DNA of 64,000 nucleotides from Octopus bimaculoides. Lineage: Eukaryota. The translations under genes and the position numbers were made by a program. The notes beneath the pieces are model-generated. The model did no database searches, was not told where the DNA came from, and saw only the letters and a program-made list of their open reading frames with translations. The stretch is from assembly GCF_001194135.2 (NCBI RefSeq), contig NC_068988.1:97510176-97574175 (forward strand), written 5' to 3'. Below, piece after piece: positions 24,349 to 37,902 of the stretch; positions within the stretch are counted from its first letter, which is position 1, and each line of letters starts with the position of its first letter.

Positions 24349-25662
24349 ATATATGTTTATATGTATTTATGTATGCATATGTATTTATGAGTATGTATGT
24401 ACATATATATGTGTGTGCGTGAATATGAACATATATACACTCATACTGCATATGCCCGTATGTATGTAAATATGCTTGTATGTACGTTATATGTACATAC
24501 GTGTGTTTCCATGTATATATGTGCTCGTAGATATATACACACATTCATACACACATACATACATACATGTACACATACAGATAAGGTTGCGTAGGTGTGT
24601 GTGTGTGTATGTGTGCGTATGTATGTCAGTATGCATGTATATACATGTATGTGTATGTAAACCTTATCCTTTTTTGGCTTTAACTGGAACAATAGTTATA
24701 AACAATTTAACTTGGCTGCCCACTAGAAAATATGCCTCTACCTTATTCCACAGAAATAGATTTTTTTTTCTTTGCCTCTTCCTTCCTTCTTTTCAACTTT
24801 CGTTTCGTTCTTTTTTGCCTTGGTTCATTCATCTTTCCATTGTCCCCGCCACCACATGAAAAAAATATAAACAACCCGAAATTAACCGCATCAACCCACA
24901 CACTCTAGGATTCTAAAAGGACATTTATCTGACCAAATATATTCTTTCCGGGGGGAAAACCACAAGAAAGAACAAACAGAAATGTGTATAAAATATACAT
25001 TGCTTTCTTTTATGAAAAATAATCAAATCAGAGAAATCAACCAGAAATTGTGTAAAATCTTTAGATTTCGCATTCACTGGTTCGTCTGCATTTTAGTTCT
25101 TTTTACTTGCTTCAGTCTGCGACCAAACTGGACAAGAGCCTTGGTGAGTATTGGCCGAAGGAATCGACTCCAATAACGTTTTGCGTGTGTGCTTAGTCGG
25201 TTTCTTTTGCCAGGGACGTAAACATCTTTTTTTTTTACGAGAACGTAAACAAATCAACAACCGGGTGTCAAGCGGGTACGACATTATTAAAACACAAATG
25301 AACATAAATCTCATAATGCAATGATCTAATGCTGTCCAATCACGACCACTTCGCCTTTACTTTCTAGATATACTTAGACTTTTCTTTCCATTTATCTTTT
25401 ATAAGATGACGGTTTGTGATACACAGGAGACTTGGCTGCAATTTCTGGCGGCTCAAGCTACCACAAACAGGCATCCCATTTGGGGATTTGCTGTAGTTTA
25501 GGCTCAAGTGTGACTTGATTTTAGCAAACTAATAATCAAAGGCATTCGAGACAGATTGCGCCGAGCCACAAAGTATAATAACCTTGTGCTTTCGTAGATT
25601 GACTGTCTATCTCATGCTGCAGCCGCTTGAAATCAATAAATGCGCGCGCGCGTATGCATGTA

Positions 25663-25704
<42 letters not shown>

Positions 25705-27654
25705 GATATATACAAGGACACATACTATATTTATGACAGAAATATATGAGACCTATAAAAGTTGGTGGGTAGAGGGATTTGTCTATTGGGAGGTGGGAAG
25801 AGAAAGAAGAATAAATAGGCAAAGAAATATGAGGTGATATTTTGAGGTAATAAAGCGAACAGCAGTTAATATAACATAATGTCAAAGTATATTTAGCTAA
25901 AGTAAATGTGAGGCGACAGTGAAAGCATAATGTAAGTAACTACTGTCAAGCAAATTTTGAAGTAATATACTGAGTGTAATAATTATGTGTGTGAGTGTGT
26001 GTGTGTGTGTATACGTGTGCAAGAAAAATGGAAAATATAAACGTAAAGTAGATTGGGAAAATGTAGAAGAGAAAAGATTGAACTAGACATGAAGCCTAGT
26101 ATATATATAAGCAAGAAAGAGTGAAACATAAGAAAATGTTTACGACGAAAGTACGTAATTAAGGAAAAGAAAAAAAAATACTTCTAGAATAGTAGCGAAC
26201 AGCAATTGGCAAGAGTTCCGTTAAGACAATCAAATCGTTAATATTCGCTTACTTCATGTAAAGTATTCATCTTCATTTTTCTACGCCCCCCCCCCCAACA
26301 TCTCAACCGTTTTTATTTTCTTACTTCCCTTTACGAGATTGGCCTTCCCTATTCTTTTCCTTCTTGGTTACGACATTATACGGTCTGGGATCTAATCCAA
26401 CCAGGATAGGCATATCTTTGGCATTCTTCTTTACTTCTCTGAACGAACTTGTAGAAACGTTTGAACAAATGAAAAATTCACAGGAAGTAATAATTCCGAC
26501 CATCTGAGCTCTGAGTTCAAACTCTGCCGAGATTGACGTTGCTCTTCATCCCTTCATGATCAATAAAATAAAATAACAGTCAAAGGTGTCAGATTGTCAA
26601 AGATATAAGGATGCTAGGTGCAATGCTTTGTGATATTTGTCCAGGATCCTCGAGTCCTCACTTTCGGGGCGGTAGACTTATGTTGATCAACTTCACCACC
26701 TCCTCTTGGTCTTCTCAGAGCATGCTGCAAGCTTTGAGACCAGGTCTCGGCTTTGAGAACAACTTATAACATTCCATCCAACAATCTCAGAGTCTGTAAA
26801 AAAAGAAACATCACGACCGTTGGTCCTCCCTCCCAATAAAAAAGGTGAGAAGAAAGTGCTAGTTAAACAGGATGAAGGAGACTCGTTCCATAGAAAAATG
26901 CACCTTAACAATAATTGTGGAGACGCGTGATTTACAGGTTAACGTGTTGCAGACATGAATGAGCGTAAGATTGTGGCTTCGATTCCTAGACTGGGAGATA
27001 TGTGTTTTTCAGCAAAACATTTCATTCCCTGTTGCTTCAGTCGACTTAACTGGAAAAAAATGAGTAAATCTGCGACGGACTGACGTCTCCCCCAGGGGTG
27101 AAGTACATACGCCACTGACTCCGGGAAACTGGCCTTATGAGTCAATGGTTCAGGAACGACCATTGATATTTTTTTTCTCTCAACAGTAATTAGCTAATTA
27201 GGAAGACTATAGTTGTTACTTATTAACTAGCAGTTAAACCAGGTTTAAATCACAGCATCAGATAATGAAGTCCTAGATGACCATCAAGAAGGAATGATTT
27301 GGAATGTAAAGCTTTTGATCATAGGCGTGCTTGATCAGTGATGACCGGAGACTAAACAATGAAAATAATAACACGTGTCGTCTTGTGTCCAATTTAGAAA
27401 TCATTCTTATAGCGAAATTAAGAATTGTGGATTATCAAAAGCGAAATAAAGAATTGTGGATCATCAGAAGCGTTCGGATTGGACAAAACGACATACGGTA
27501 TTCGTTCCGTCTCTACGTTTTCATTTCAAATCTCACTGAAGTTAATTTCGCACTTCATTCAGGGTTAAAATATGAAATACTGGAGTCAATGGTATCGACT
27601 AAACCTTCTCCCCGTCCCTTGGACCTAGATTAGAATCAATTATCATCACTGTTA

Positions 27655-27865
27655 AGGTGGCAAGCTGCCAAAATTGTTACAGCATCAGACAGAATGATGG
27701 TCAGCATTTCTTGCGGATCTTTATGTTTCAAGTTCATTCTCACCGGGTTTGCCTTTCATTTCAGCAGAGGTCGATGAAATAAAGTACCAGCAAGGTATTG
27801 TAGTTGATATGATTGACAATTCCTCTCTTTCCAAATTCCTGGCCTTGTGCCCACGCAAAAAATCC
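27655..27865 (+). mobile_element. tRNA-derived SINE (diverged)
   Basis: ggtggcaagctg...gtttcaagttcattc...gcctttcatt...gtcgatgaaataaagtaccag...tggccttgtgccc; same family as 33328-33488 and 51697-52125. Confidence 0.6.
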
Positions 27866-29965
27866 TAACAAGTATTCTTATAATATTGGAAGCGAAAACT
27901 GCTAAGCAAGAAAACATTTCCCAGACAAGATCGGATCGAGGTCAAACCGATGCCCGAAACACAGCGCAGCGATGGTACTCTTTCAACCTTATCATTGTTT
28001 TAATGGCAAGAAATTAGGACATAATAAATATTGACCGTAAATGGAGAGATTAAAAGATCAATTCTCATCTAATTACAAACCTTACAAATATATTTTGTAC
28101 TTTTATCTTTTACTTACTTCAGCCATTGGGCTGCTGCCATGCTGGGGCATCTCTTTCAATTGTTTAACCGAAAAAAATAGACCCCAGTACCTATGTTTTT
28201 TTTTAAAGCCTGGTGCTCATTCCATTGGTCTCTTTGGCCGGAAGGTTAAATTACCAGAACGTAAACAAACCAACATCGGTTGTCAAGCTGTTGTTAGGGT
28301 ACAAACACTAGCACAAAGACAAACGCACGTGTGTGTGTGTGTGTATGTATTCGTATATAAACACACTAGCTTAAAAGCCGTCCGATAGGATGGCTTTTAA
28401 GCTTAGCTCCTGTGGAGAGCTCTTCATTAGGCTTTGAGACCAGAAAAGACGCTTCATTCATTAAGTACATATTAGGTTTTATTAAAATTGAACAATATTT
28501 TCAAGCAATGAACAATTTTCATCAAAACAATGATATAATTTGTCGATGCATGATAAAGAACAGCACCACCACCACCACCACCACCACCACATCTGTCATA
28601 CACACACCATTCAGTCTTTTTTCTGATGGTAATGGGGTGATAGTAGTAGTATGAGCTGTAGTTGTGATAGAGGCAGAGGTGGCGGGTGTGGTGGTGGTTG
28701 TGGTAGCCGAGGCGGTCGGGGATGACGGTGAGAGTAAGCGACGTGAAAGACAGTGGTGATGGTGGTGGAGGGGAAGGCAACGAAGTCAAAGGTAGTGATG
28801 GCGGTGGCGTCAGAAGTCTGAATGGTGTGTGTATGGCAGATGTGGTTGTGATGGTGGTGGTAGTAAGAAAATGAATTCCGTGTTCAGTCCCTCTTTCTCT
28901 TATTATTACTCCCATTGCTACCTCAACACTACTACTTTTAATAAAACATCAACAGTAGAAGTGTCATTGAATAGTAAGAGGGGTCAAAGTGTGACACACT
29001 GATACACACAAATTAGTTTTCGCATTTATTAATATATATTTATATATATATGGCAGGCTTTTAGATTCTTTTTACGAAATCCACTAATAAAGCTTTGGTC
29101 AGTCCGGGGCCATAGGAGAGGACTGAAACCGAAATCATGTTGTTGGGAAGCAGATGTTTTACCACACAGCCATGCCATGTAATTCTGTATATATTAACTC
29201 GTATGTGCATATACATTGCGGATAATATTTGTGTGCATGACAATATGTCTCTTCTTGTATGTGTGTGGGTGTTAGTGTAGCCAAACAAGAAAGAGAGAGA
29301 GAGAGAAGAGAAACGGAGAGAGACAAGAGAGACGGAGAGCGAGGCATGTGCGCGCATGCGTAAAGAAACATTTTTCATTCAGTCGTAGGTTTTCATGCCT
29401 TGTCACTAACAATCTAACCAGATTTGTTATTCCAAGATGCGAATAGGAGGGGAAAAAATATGGTAAAATAAATCAACGAAGAAGCAAAACTAAATAACAC
29501 ACACACACACAAATAAATATATATAGTCAAATTACATAAAATCAATAGAAAGATCACTGAAGAATAGAAAGCCAAAATAAAACAGAATATTAATATCTTG
29601 TATATAATGGCATGCAAAGCTTTTATTGGTCATTTAGCACATGAATGATGGTCAAAACTCATTTTCGTAAGAAGCAGAGTTGCTTTGACCGAAACCTTAT
29701 CAAGTTAGGAAGTGATAGCGTTTTGTTGATTTGGGAAACGGAATTGTAAAATGTAAAAGTGGGATGTGGAAATGAACAAACTCACACATGCATATATTTA
29801 CATGCATACATACGTGTGTGTGTGTGTGCATATAAAGGAATTCAGCAACAACAAACAAAATAGGAGAAAAATGCAGAAAGTAGCGTGATCGAACCCGGTT
29901 CCACGTGGTTGGGGGGCGATCTCGTTAAACCACAAAATCATACCTACGTCTAACAACTGTGTGTT

Positions 29966-30005
<40 letters not shown>

Positions 30006-30026
30006 CACGTATGTATTTAAGCAAGC

Positions 30027-30083
<57 letters not shown>

Positions 30084-30167
30084 CGCATGGTCTCAATTAA
30101 CGGAAAAACTGTTATGTTTCTACACGTAAAATGATGGGAACAACTTATATTGATGATTTGATCACAC

Positions 30168-30210
<43 letters not shown>

Positions 30211-30919
30211 ACCATTTAATGTTGAATAACAAAACGTATAATGGGAAGCAAAGAAAAAAAATAAAAAGGAGAAAGCCTGCAAGGATGTCATAGTGATCGT
30301 GTTAGAATATGTACGACAGGTAAATGGGAGAAGTCAGAAAAAGCCACAAAGATATATTAGACAATAAGAAAGACGACCAATCACACATGTCAAGGAAGCA
30401 GCCATCCAGCCCGTCAGCCTGTCAAGCCGTCAACCAGCAAACCGACTTGCCAACATGCCAACAAGTTTGCCATCCATTTAACCAGCCAGCTAGCTAAACA
30501 TCGAACTCCAGAAAAAAAATATACTGAGATGTATAGGGCTAGGAAACGTTCTGCGCTGCAATACCACGTATGTAATATAGCGAGTACTTTCATTGATTGA
30601 GAATATCACAGTAATAAGCTCGATGAGTATTTGAAATCTAATTATGAATCCATATTGTATAGAGAAAATCTAATAAGACCGAAACGTCTGATAGTCTTAA
30701 AGACAAGGTTCACTCGTTGATTGCTCATTTTGTATTTTTTTGTACAGCGGGAGATTTTGTATTCGAATCGCAAGGAGAATCTCGATTAATTGTGGTTCAT
30801 ATTCAGGGCGTTTATTACAACATAATCATTATTCATTTATCCGTTGTTTATTAATATTCATATCCATATCATTATTATTATTATCGAGTGAGAGAGCAGT
30901 GCATGCCATCGAAGTGACA

Positions 30920-31260
30920 TTATGGTAATAAATACAAAGCCCAGTCTACCCATCGTGACCACCCGTCCGATAAGAATACACCAGGCACATGCATCACAAC
31001 CATATGTGCGCGACATAGAATTTTCTTCAGGTCGAGCAGCCCATCCCGCTCAAAAGGTCCCTGAATAATGGTTAAGGTTGAGGAACAAAATACCCGTGTT
31101 TTCAAAGGTGAATTATTCAAACTCCAAAGAATTCCTCTCAACACATGGCTATGATGCTCCCCCACTACTTCTGGTCATGATCAGAGATGCACCTATGGTC
31201 AGCCACTAAGGGACATGCTCAACTGGTTAAGGTCAAACGACTGACAAGCAAATCTGTGGT
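30920..31260 (+). mobile_element. SINE-like dispersed repeat 3' part ending in (ATT)n
   Basis: GC-richer block ending ...ggtcaaacgactgacaagcaaatctgtggt followed by an att tail; family assigned by recognition only. Confidence 0.45.
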
Positions 31261-31299
31261 ATTATTATTATTATCATCATCATTATTAGTATTATTATT

Positions 31300-32115
31300 A
31301 TTTCTCTTTATCACAAGTTTTGTTGGAGCTCCTGAGTCTTGCATGCGTAGCGGGCTTACTACCTGCAGCCTACGGTTCCATGCTATCCATTCTTTTCAAC
31401 TATCTAATACTTTCTTCATTATTCTGGCTATGCCAAGGAGGCAAACCTTTTGTAACAGTTCTACTGGGCATTCTATTCCAATTCCCTTTATATTCCCCTT
31501 GATGCCTTCTCATACTGTTTCCAAGGACCTTCATTTTCCATAACTGAGCTATTTCGTACTTAAGAGGGTTCTATCTATCTTTTCGCCTTCCGTCTTGACT
31601 ACTCGTGAATCAGAGGGGGCATGTAACGTCAACTATACAGCATATGTGGTGCACCTTCTCCACCGCTACTAGGTCCGGTCTGTTATGCTCCAGCTCCTGA
31701 TCTGTTTGGATTGAGAAATCCCAGAGGATTTTGCTAGTCTCCGACTCTACCACTCTCTGCGGTTTGTTCTCATACCACGTCTTGCCTCTCTCTATCCCCC
31801 ACTTTTCGCACAGTTTCCAATGGAGCACTTTCGCTACCTGGTCGGGTCGCCACAAATTGTAACGGTTCTGGGCAAGTCTAGGGCATTCATTCGTAATATG
31901 GACATGGTTTCATTCTCTCTATCGCAGATGCGGCACAGCGGAAACACTTGTTCATTCCTCAGTTCGTTGCCAGAGCTTGGTCCTGCGCTGCCATTATACT
32001 GCTCTCGGTCTCTTTTTTGGAGCTTCCTTTCATTAGCCAATCCCACCTATTTTATCCAGCAACTTCTGTTGTGGCTACATGCAATTGATTGTATAATCCC
32101 TTCTTGCGTGATTCT
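31300..32115 (-). mobile_element. RLE-type (R4/Dong-like) LINE, 5'-truncated, flanked by (TAA)n on both sides
   Basis: CRIC...HWKLCEKWG...WYENKP..VVESETSKILWDFSIQTDQELEHNRPDLVAVEK...IVDVTCP (CCHC knuckle plus PD-(D/E)xK RLE). Confidence 0.85.
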
Positions 32116-32694
32116 ATTATTATTATTATTATTATTATTATTGGTTTTCAGGATGAATAACTAAATGAAGCGCAAAGCATTCCTTACATGAATACTGTAT
32201 GTGGATTATTTAAGAAAAAAAAAACACGGCTGAAAGAAATTAGATAAATAGAGGAGCTTGAAAACATGGTTTTTAAGCAAGATCTTCCCAACAAATAGAG
32301 AAAAAACAGTCTCCACCCCACCAAAACCCAAACAAACAAGCGTGTCTATTAAGGTTATTGTATTTCGTATAAATAAAGAGATTTAACTGTTTTCGTTGTT
32401 CCTTTGTTAATTTTGTAACTGTATATATTCTTTATATAAAATATTCATTCATTCATTGTAGCTGATATGTCAATGAAAATCTAACAAGAGATTTATGATG
32501 CACAAGTATGTATGTGTGTGTGTGTTTATGTGTGTGTGTGTCTATGTGTGTGTGTGTTTATGTGTGTGTGCGTGTACATGCGCCTGTGTGTGTGTGTGTG
32601 TGTATATGTGCGTACGTGTATTATATACACGTATGTATATTATTTTATGCTTTTATTCTTTTGTGTACACACCTTTTAGTATATATCTGCACAT

Positions 32695-32731
<37 letters not shown>

Positions 32732-33327
32732 TATTGATATATATGTGGGTGTGAGTGTGTGTATGTGCGTATGTATATGTGAGTATAAGCTTGTGTTTGT
32801 GTGTGTGTGCGTGCGTACGTGTGTGAAGTGTTTAATGAAAGAGAGGTGGAGAGAAGAAAGTGAGCAGAAAAAGAAGCAAAATTAGTTGAATGTAAAAAAA
32901 GGTGAAAAGAAGCGAAAGAACATAATACAATAGGAGTCCATGTTGAGTGCGGGGTGAATGAGAGCCCAAGCTGCAGCATAAACAGTCTTTGTGTTGAAGA
33001 AATAACAAACCGGAGAATTGGGATGGGGGCGATGGGGAAGATCTGTGGTTTGGCGGTCAGCGTTTCACAGTTGGTTTAATGAAGCATAAATTTAAGCTCA
33101 CATTCAGTACAGCACCTCACCAGACCGCAACAACAAAAACAACGGCAATTACTACTACTACTACTACTACTGCTGCTATTAACAACAACAACAATGGACA
33201 GGAGTAATAGTTATGGGATCATCAACAGTAAACTCAGCAGCTACATCAACATGAAGGAAAAGTAGTAGCAGTGGCAGATGATGATGATGAGGAGGAGGAG
33301 GAGGATGATGGGGATATTATTATTTAA

Positions 33328-33488
33328 GGTGTCGAGCAGGAAGAATCGTTAGAGCGCCGGGCGAAATACTCGGCGGTATTTCGTCTGTCTTCACGTTCTG
33401 AGTTCAAATTCCGTCAAGGCCGACTTTACCTTTCATCCTTTCGGGGTCGATAAAATAAATACCAGTGAAACACTGGGGTCGATGTATA
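33328..33488 (+). mobile_element. tRNA-derived SINE
   Basis: agaatcgttagagcgccgggcgaaat...gttctgagttcaaattcc...gcctttcatcctttcggggtcgataaaat. Confidence 0.7.
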
Positions 33489-34499
33489 TGCAGACGCTCG
33501 CAAACCCACATACATATTCGCTCTCGTGAATACAAACAGAGCAAGGAGCCTTGGATCTAGGTTAGAAACCGAATCTTTTTCTTTTGTTAAGAAAGCATTT
33601 CGCCCGGCCTGCTGATGCTTCTGCCAGCTCACCGCCTTTTTTTGGTAAGAACTATTGAAAAACTGAATAATAACGTACATAAATTCGAAGTACATACATA
33701 GTCATATCTGCTGAAGTATTGACTAATAGCTAAATATATACACAGATATGTGCATGCAGAGTCACCAAGCACAAACGTATGTGTGTGTGTGCGTGCGTGC
33801 GTCTATGTGTGTGTGTGTGTGTATGCATACACACACGCGCAAACAGACACACAAATACATACATGCAGCCACATGCGCATGCACCCTCCCCCCGCACCAC
33901 CACCACCACTGTTTGTGCTGCTCGGTTTGAGGCTTGCATCTCTCTTCTAACAAGTCCAATCGCACAGCAGGATGCACACAACAAACGTCGGATAATATTA
34001 ACACCCCACTGTGATCGGTAGCCACTACGCTGCGAGGGGCACATTCGGACCGAGCCGCCGCAGGGCAAAGAAGCTGGACTAGCAACTCAAGAAAGAGAAA
34101 AACCTCCGCTTGATAAATATGTAACCGTCTCTTTTTTATGTTTACTTTCATTGAAGTGTCGACGTTTGCTCAAGTTTAAGTAACATCATTAAAACAAATT
34201 GTAATTTGTAGAACGCACAACAATGAACCACATGTGTACACTCATATATCCACACACTTATATTAGTAACTATAGATGCGCTCGCACATGCGCAAGTAAA
34301 TACACGCACACATAAATTATGTGTGCGTGTACCTGCTTCAGTATGGCTATTGTTAAAATAGTGAAACTATATATATACACACACATACAAAATGCATACA
34401 CACACATATACATATCTATATTTACGCACACACATACACACATATATGTATGTATGTATGTAAGTGTATATGTATGTACATATGTGTATATATACACAT

Positions 34500-34950
34500 T
34501 ATTATTATTTACTTTTAATCTGCATGTTTGTTAGAATCACTTGCTGAGACCCACCCAGCGTCCTAGAGCGAGTGAAAGATAAGAAATGTTACAGTATGAC
34601 TGAAAACTTGGAGAGTGGAGGAGGCAGGGGAAGTAGCGAAATATCTTCATGTAATACAACACAGACATTTAAATTGATAGGGTTTTTCTAAGGATCTGGG
34701 CAATACTTGTCAGCACAAACGTTTGGATTTCTGGGAGACATGGTGCTCCTGGGATATTATCTAGATATTTCTGACATCCTTTTCTTATCGTACCTCGGGC
34801 ATCCACAGTAACAGTTCTCGCTTTAAGATGCCACATCTTTTGTACTTCAATTTCCAGGTCCTTACATTTACTTACTTTGTTAAATTCAGCTTACAAGTAT
34901 GTTCTTCCTCGTCTTTAATGACTATGTCAGGTCGATTAGCCTGGATCGTT
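34500..34950 (-). mobile_element. RLE-type LINE 3' fragment
   Basis: TIQANRPDIVIKDEEE...KDLEIEVQKMWHLK...VLTSIAQILRKTLSI*, then 3'UTR and short taa tail. Confidence 0.8.
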
Positions 34951-35262
34951 TGAAAAGGAAAGTGATGGTGTAGAGGAAAGTGTTGTCTTCTAGCAAATTT
35001 ATTGAAAGGTGGGTGGATGTAGGAAAAAGGGTCAGTATGAATGGACCAATTTTGAGAATACACTTGTAAAAAGAATAAAAGGGCTCTTTCCCGTGGCTTT
35101 TGTGGGTTTTCCCACGAGCAGTCTTAAAGTGCCTCCTCTATTGGGAGTTTTATTTGTTTTTTTCCTTGTTATTTTATTTACACGTTCTAAAACCCTTTGT
35201 ATCGTCCTGTTTTGTCCTTTAATGTATCTTTATATCAGCCCTTGTGGCCAATAAAAGAATTA
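34948..35262 (+). mobile_element. Tx1-group LINE extreme 3' end
   Basis: LKRKV...VLSSSKFIERWVDVGKRVSMNGPILRIHL*, 3'UTR ending cccttgtggccaataaaagaatt plus (att)n; resembles the ends of the other Tx1 copies. Confidence 0.65.
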
Positions 35263-36045
35263 TTATTATTATTATTATCATTATTATGGCCGCCATACTG
35301 GGAGACACGGTAACTTGAAGCTCTGTAAGTTGTAATAGTGTTTATAATCTTTTCGGCCTTCTAAAGCCCCGTTCTTTTATTTTTATTGTCACCACCTTGT
35401 TTCTGACATTATCTGGACTGCGCTTATAGTATTGTTATTCAGAAATATCCACTGTTTTGCAGGGGGTGCACATCAATATTTTTTTGACTTTCACTAACAG
35501 AAACATTTATTGAAACATGGATGATAAAGAAGTCATCATAATGTTCGATGACGAGACGCGTTCTTTGTCGGAGAAAAAAAAAGAGAATAGTGGAGAAGCA
35601 TTGACTAAATGACGTCACTAGCACGCCATTGAATACATTTTCGTCTCTAAGCAGCGTCAAAACAGTAAAGCAGCAATTAAACAACAAAATATTCGAAGAC
35701 GACGACAACAGCAACATCAATAATAACGTTTTATTGTTATTTTAGCCTTAGATTAGGTCTGTTCCATCAAAACTGATCTTAGATCATCATCATCCTCGGC
35801 TTCGGCGTCGATATACTCCCCCCCACCACCGCTTGATCGTTTTCAGAGAAAGCAGAATGATGCTGCTTGGCAAGCGTGGCTTTATATTTAACTGCGTAAG
35901 TAGTAGGGAAATGTGAAATGGAATATTTCCAACCGGAAATGGAAACCGAGTCACTATCTCAGCACAATGAGATCATAAGCTTTGTTTCCTCACAATCTTG
36001 CCGACTGTTGATCGAGGAAGGGGAAATTTGGAGACGAAATAATAG

Positions 36046-36945
36046 ACGGGGGTATGAAAGTCATATGTTCCAGGACTAATTCTGTTGCACGCCGACAGAT
36101 GGCAGCACACGGTTACATGCGCAGTGAGAGCGAGCAGTGACCGTCATGTGGCAGTGTGCCGACTGACTTCGCTGTGCTTACTTTGCAAGTTGTGAAATTT
36201 GTGTTTTTGGGACCACATGTATGTTGTAGTCTGCGAGTTTGTCATGGACAGGAACAAAGAGCCAACGTGAAATTTTACGTTAAACTTGGAAAGTCTGCTA
36301 CAGAGATATTGTGTATGTTTCGGCAAAACTTACGGCGACGAGGCAATGGGTCGCGTGCAATGTGTAGAGTGACACATGCGCTTCAAAAGCAGAAGAACGT
36401 CTCTGGAAGATGATGAGCGATCTGGAAGACCTACCACGAGTGTCACCCCCGGGAATGTAGTATTGTGCATCGAGAATTCGCCCCCACCCCAGGGCCAGAC
36501 CGTCAATCGAGAGTGCAACTGCAACGATTTGAAGCGTCTGAGAGAAGACATTCGACGAAAGCACCCGGATGTGAGAGCGAGGAATTGGATTCTTTACCGA
36601 GCTCTCCTCACTGGTCAGCTTCTCGCCACAAACAGAATGGTATCGCTTCCACACCCGCCCTATTTTCCAAATTTAACTTCTGCGGACTTCCACCATCTTT
36701 TCGCCAAGATTAAAATGCAGCTCAAAGGTCGCCGTTTTAACACCGTTGTCGAGATTCAGAGCGAATCGCAGAAAGTCCTCGACTCGCTTACGGAAAACAA
36801 TTTCTAGGCCGGATTCCAAAAGTGGGATCGGTGGGACAGGTGTGTTGCTGCGCAAGGTGACTATTTCGAAGGAGATGCTATTAAAACTCGGGTAAATAAG
36901 TTATTAAATATAACTAGTCCTGAAACTTTTTGATACTACCTCGTA
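36046..36945 (+). mobile_element. mariner internal-deletion derivative with both degenerate TIRs
   Basis: EQRANVKF.VKLGKSATE, LEDDERSGRP, PPQGQTVN, HPPYFPNLTSADF, LKGRRF, AQGDYFEG; the WVPHEL/first-Asp segment is missing; right TIR ...aaactttttgatactacctcg|TA. Confidence 0.85.
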
Positions 36946-37392
36946 AAAGACAGAAAATAACCGAAGCGATAAAGAGTTAGAAGAGAAGGAAATGAGAAAA
37001 GAAAAAAATAAACAAATAAAGAAAGAAAGAAAGTAGAACGAAATAAAGAAGGGAAAGAAAGAAAGTGTGAAAGAAAATGGTGAGTCGGGAAGAAAGAAAA
37101 GTGTGATAGGAAAGATGTTAGGCCGAGTTTGGGTTTCCCATCATCCAAGAGGATCGCCTCACAAATAATTGAATGAGATTTAAGTTACCAAACTTTGCAC
37201 TCGTGCATACACACACATATGTTTGTATATCTGTACAAACGAGAGCATGTGTGTGTGTGTGTGTGTGAGCGCACGTGTGTGTGTTTGTATGTGAATAATT
37301 ATTGCTGTTTATAAACCTAGAGCAGTAAATTAATCAGATCTACTGGTATAGAATGATTTCAGTATGTATAAAGAAATAATGTATCAGAATAC

Positions 37393-37406
37393 GTGAGAAA
37401 ATTGCA

Positions 37407-37454
<48 letters not shown>

Positions 37455-37464
37455 ATTTTCTCAC
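37393..37464. repeat. 12-bp unique inverted repeat enclosing a (TA)n run
   Basis: gtgagaaaattg (37393-37404) / caattttctcac (37453-37464). Confidence 0.8.
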
Positions 37465-37547
37465 TATATATATANNNNNNNNNNTTAATGTCAGCGAGGT
37501 AGGTATCAGAATGGGTAAGCATAAGAAAGACAGATGACTAATAAATG

Positions 37548-37607
<60 letters not shown>

Positions 37608-37808
37608 GGTGGTTGTGTGTTAAAGTGAGAGAGTAAATGAAAAGATACAAGCTGATAAAATAAATGACTATATGATTATGGGATATCCCGGTAATCAATT
37701 CATTATGGTGTAGAGTTTTATACACTGAGAAGAAAATTATCGGTTTAAGTTTTCGATTATCAGAAAATATAAGAAGCCGTCACCATGTCTGCTGTGGATG
37801 GAAAGAAG

Positions 37809-37902
<94 letters not shown>

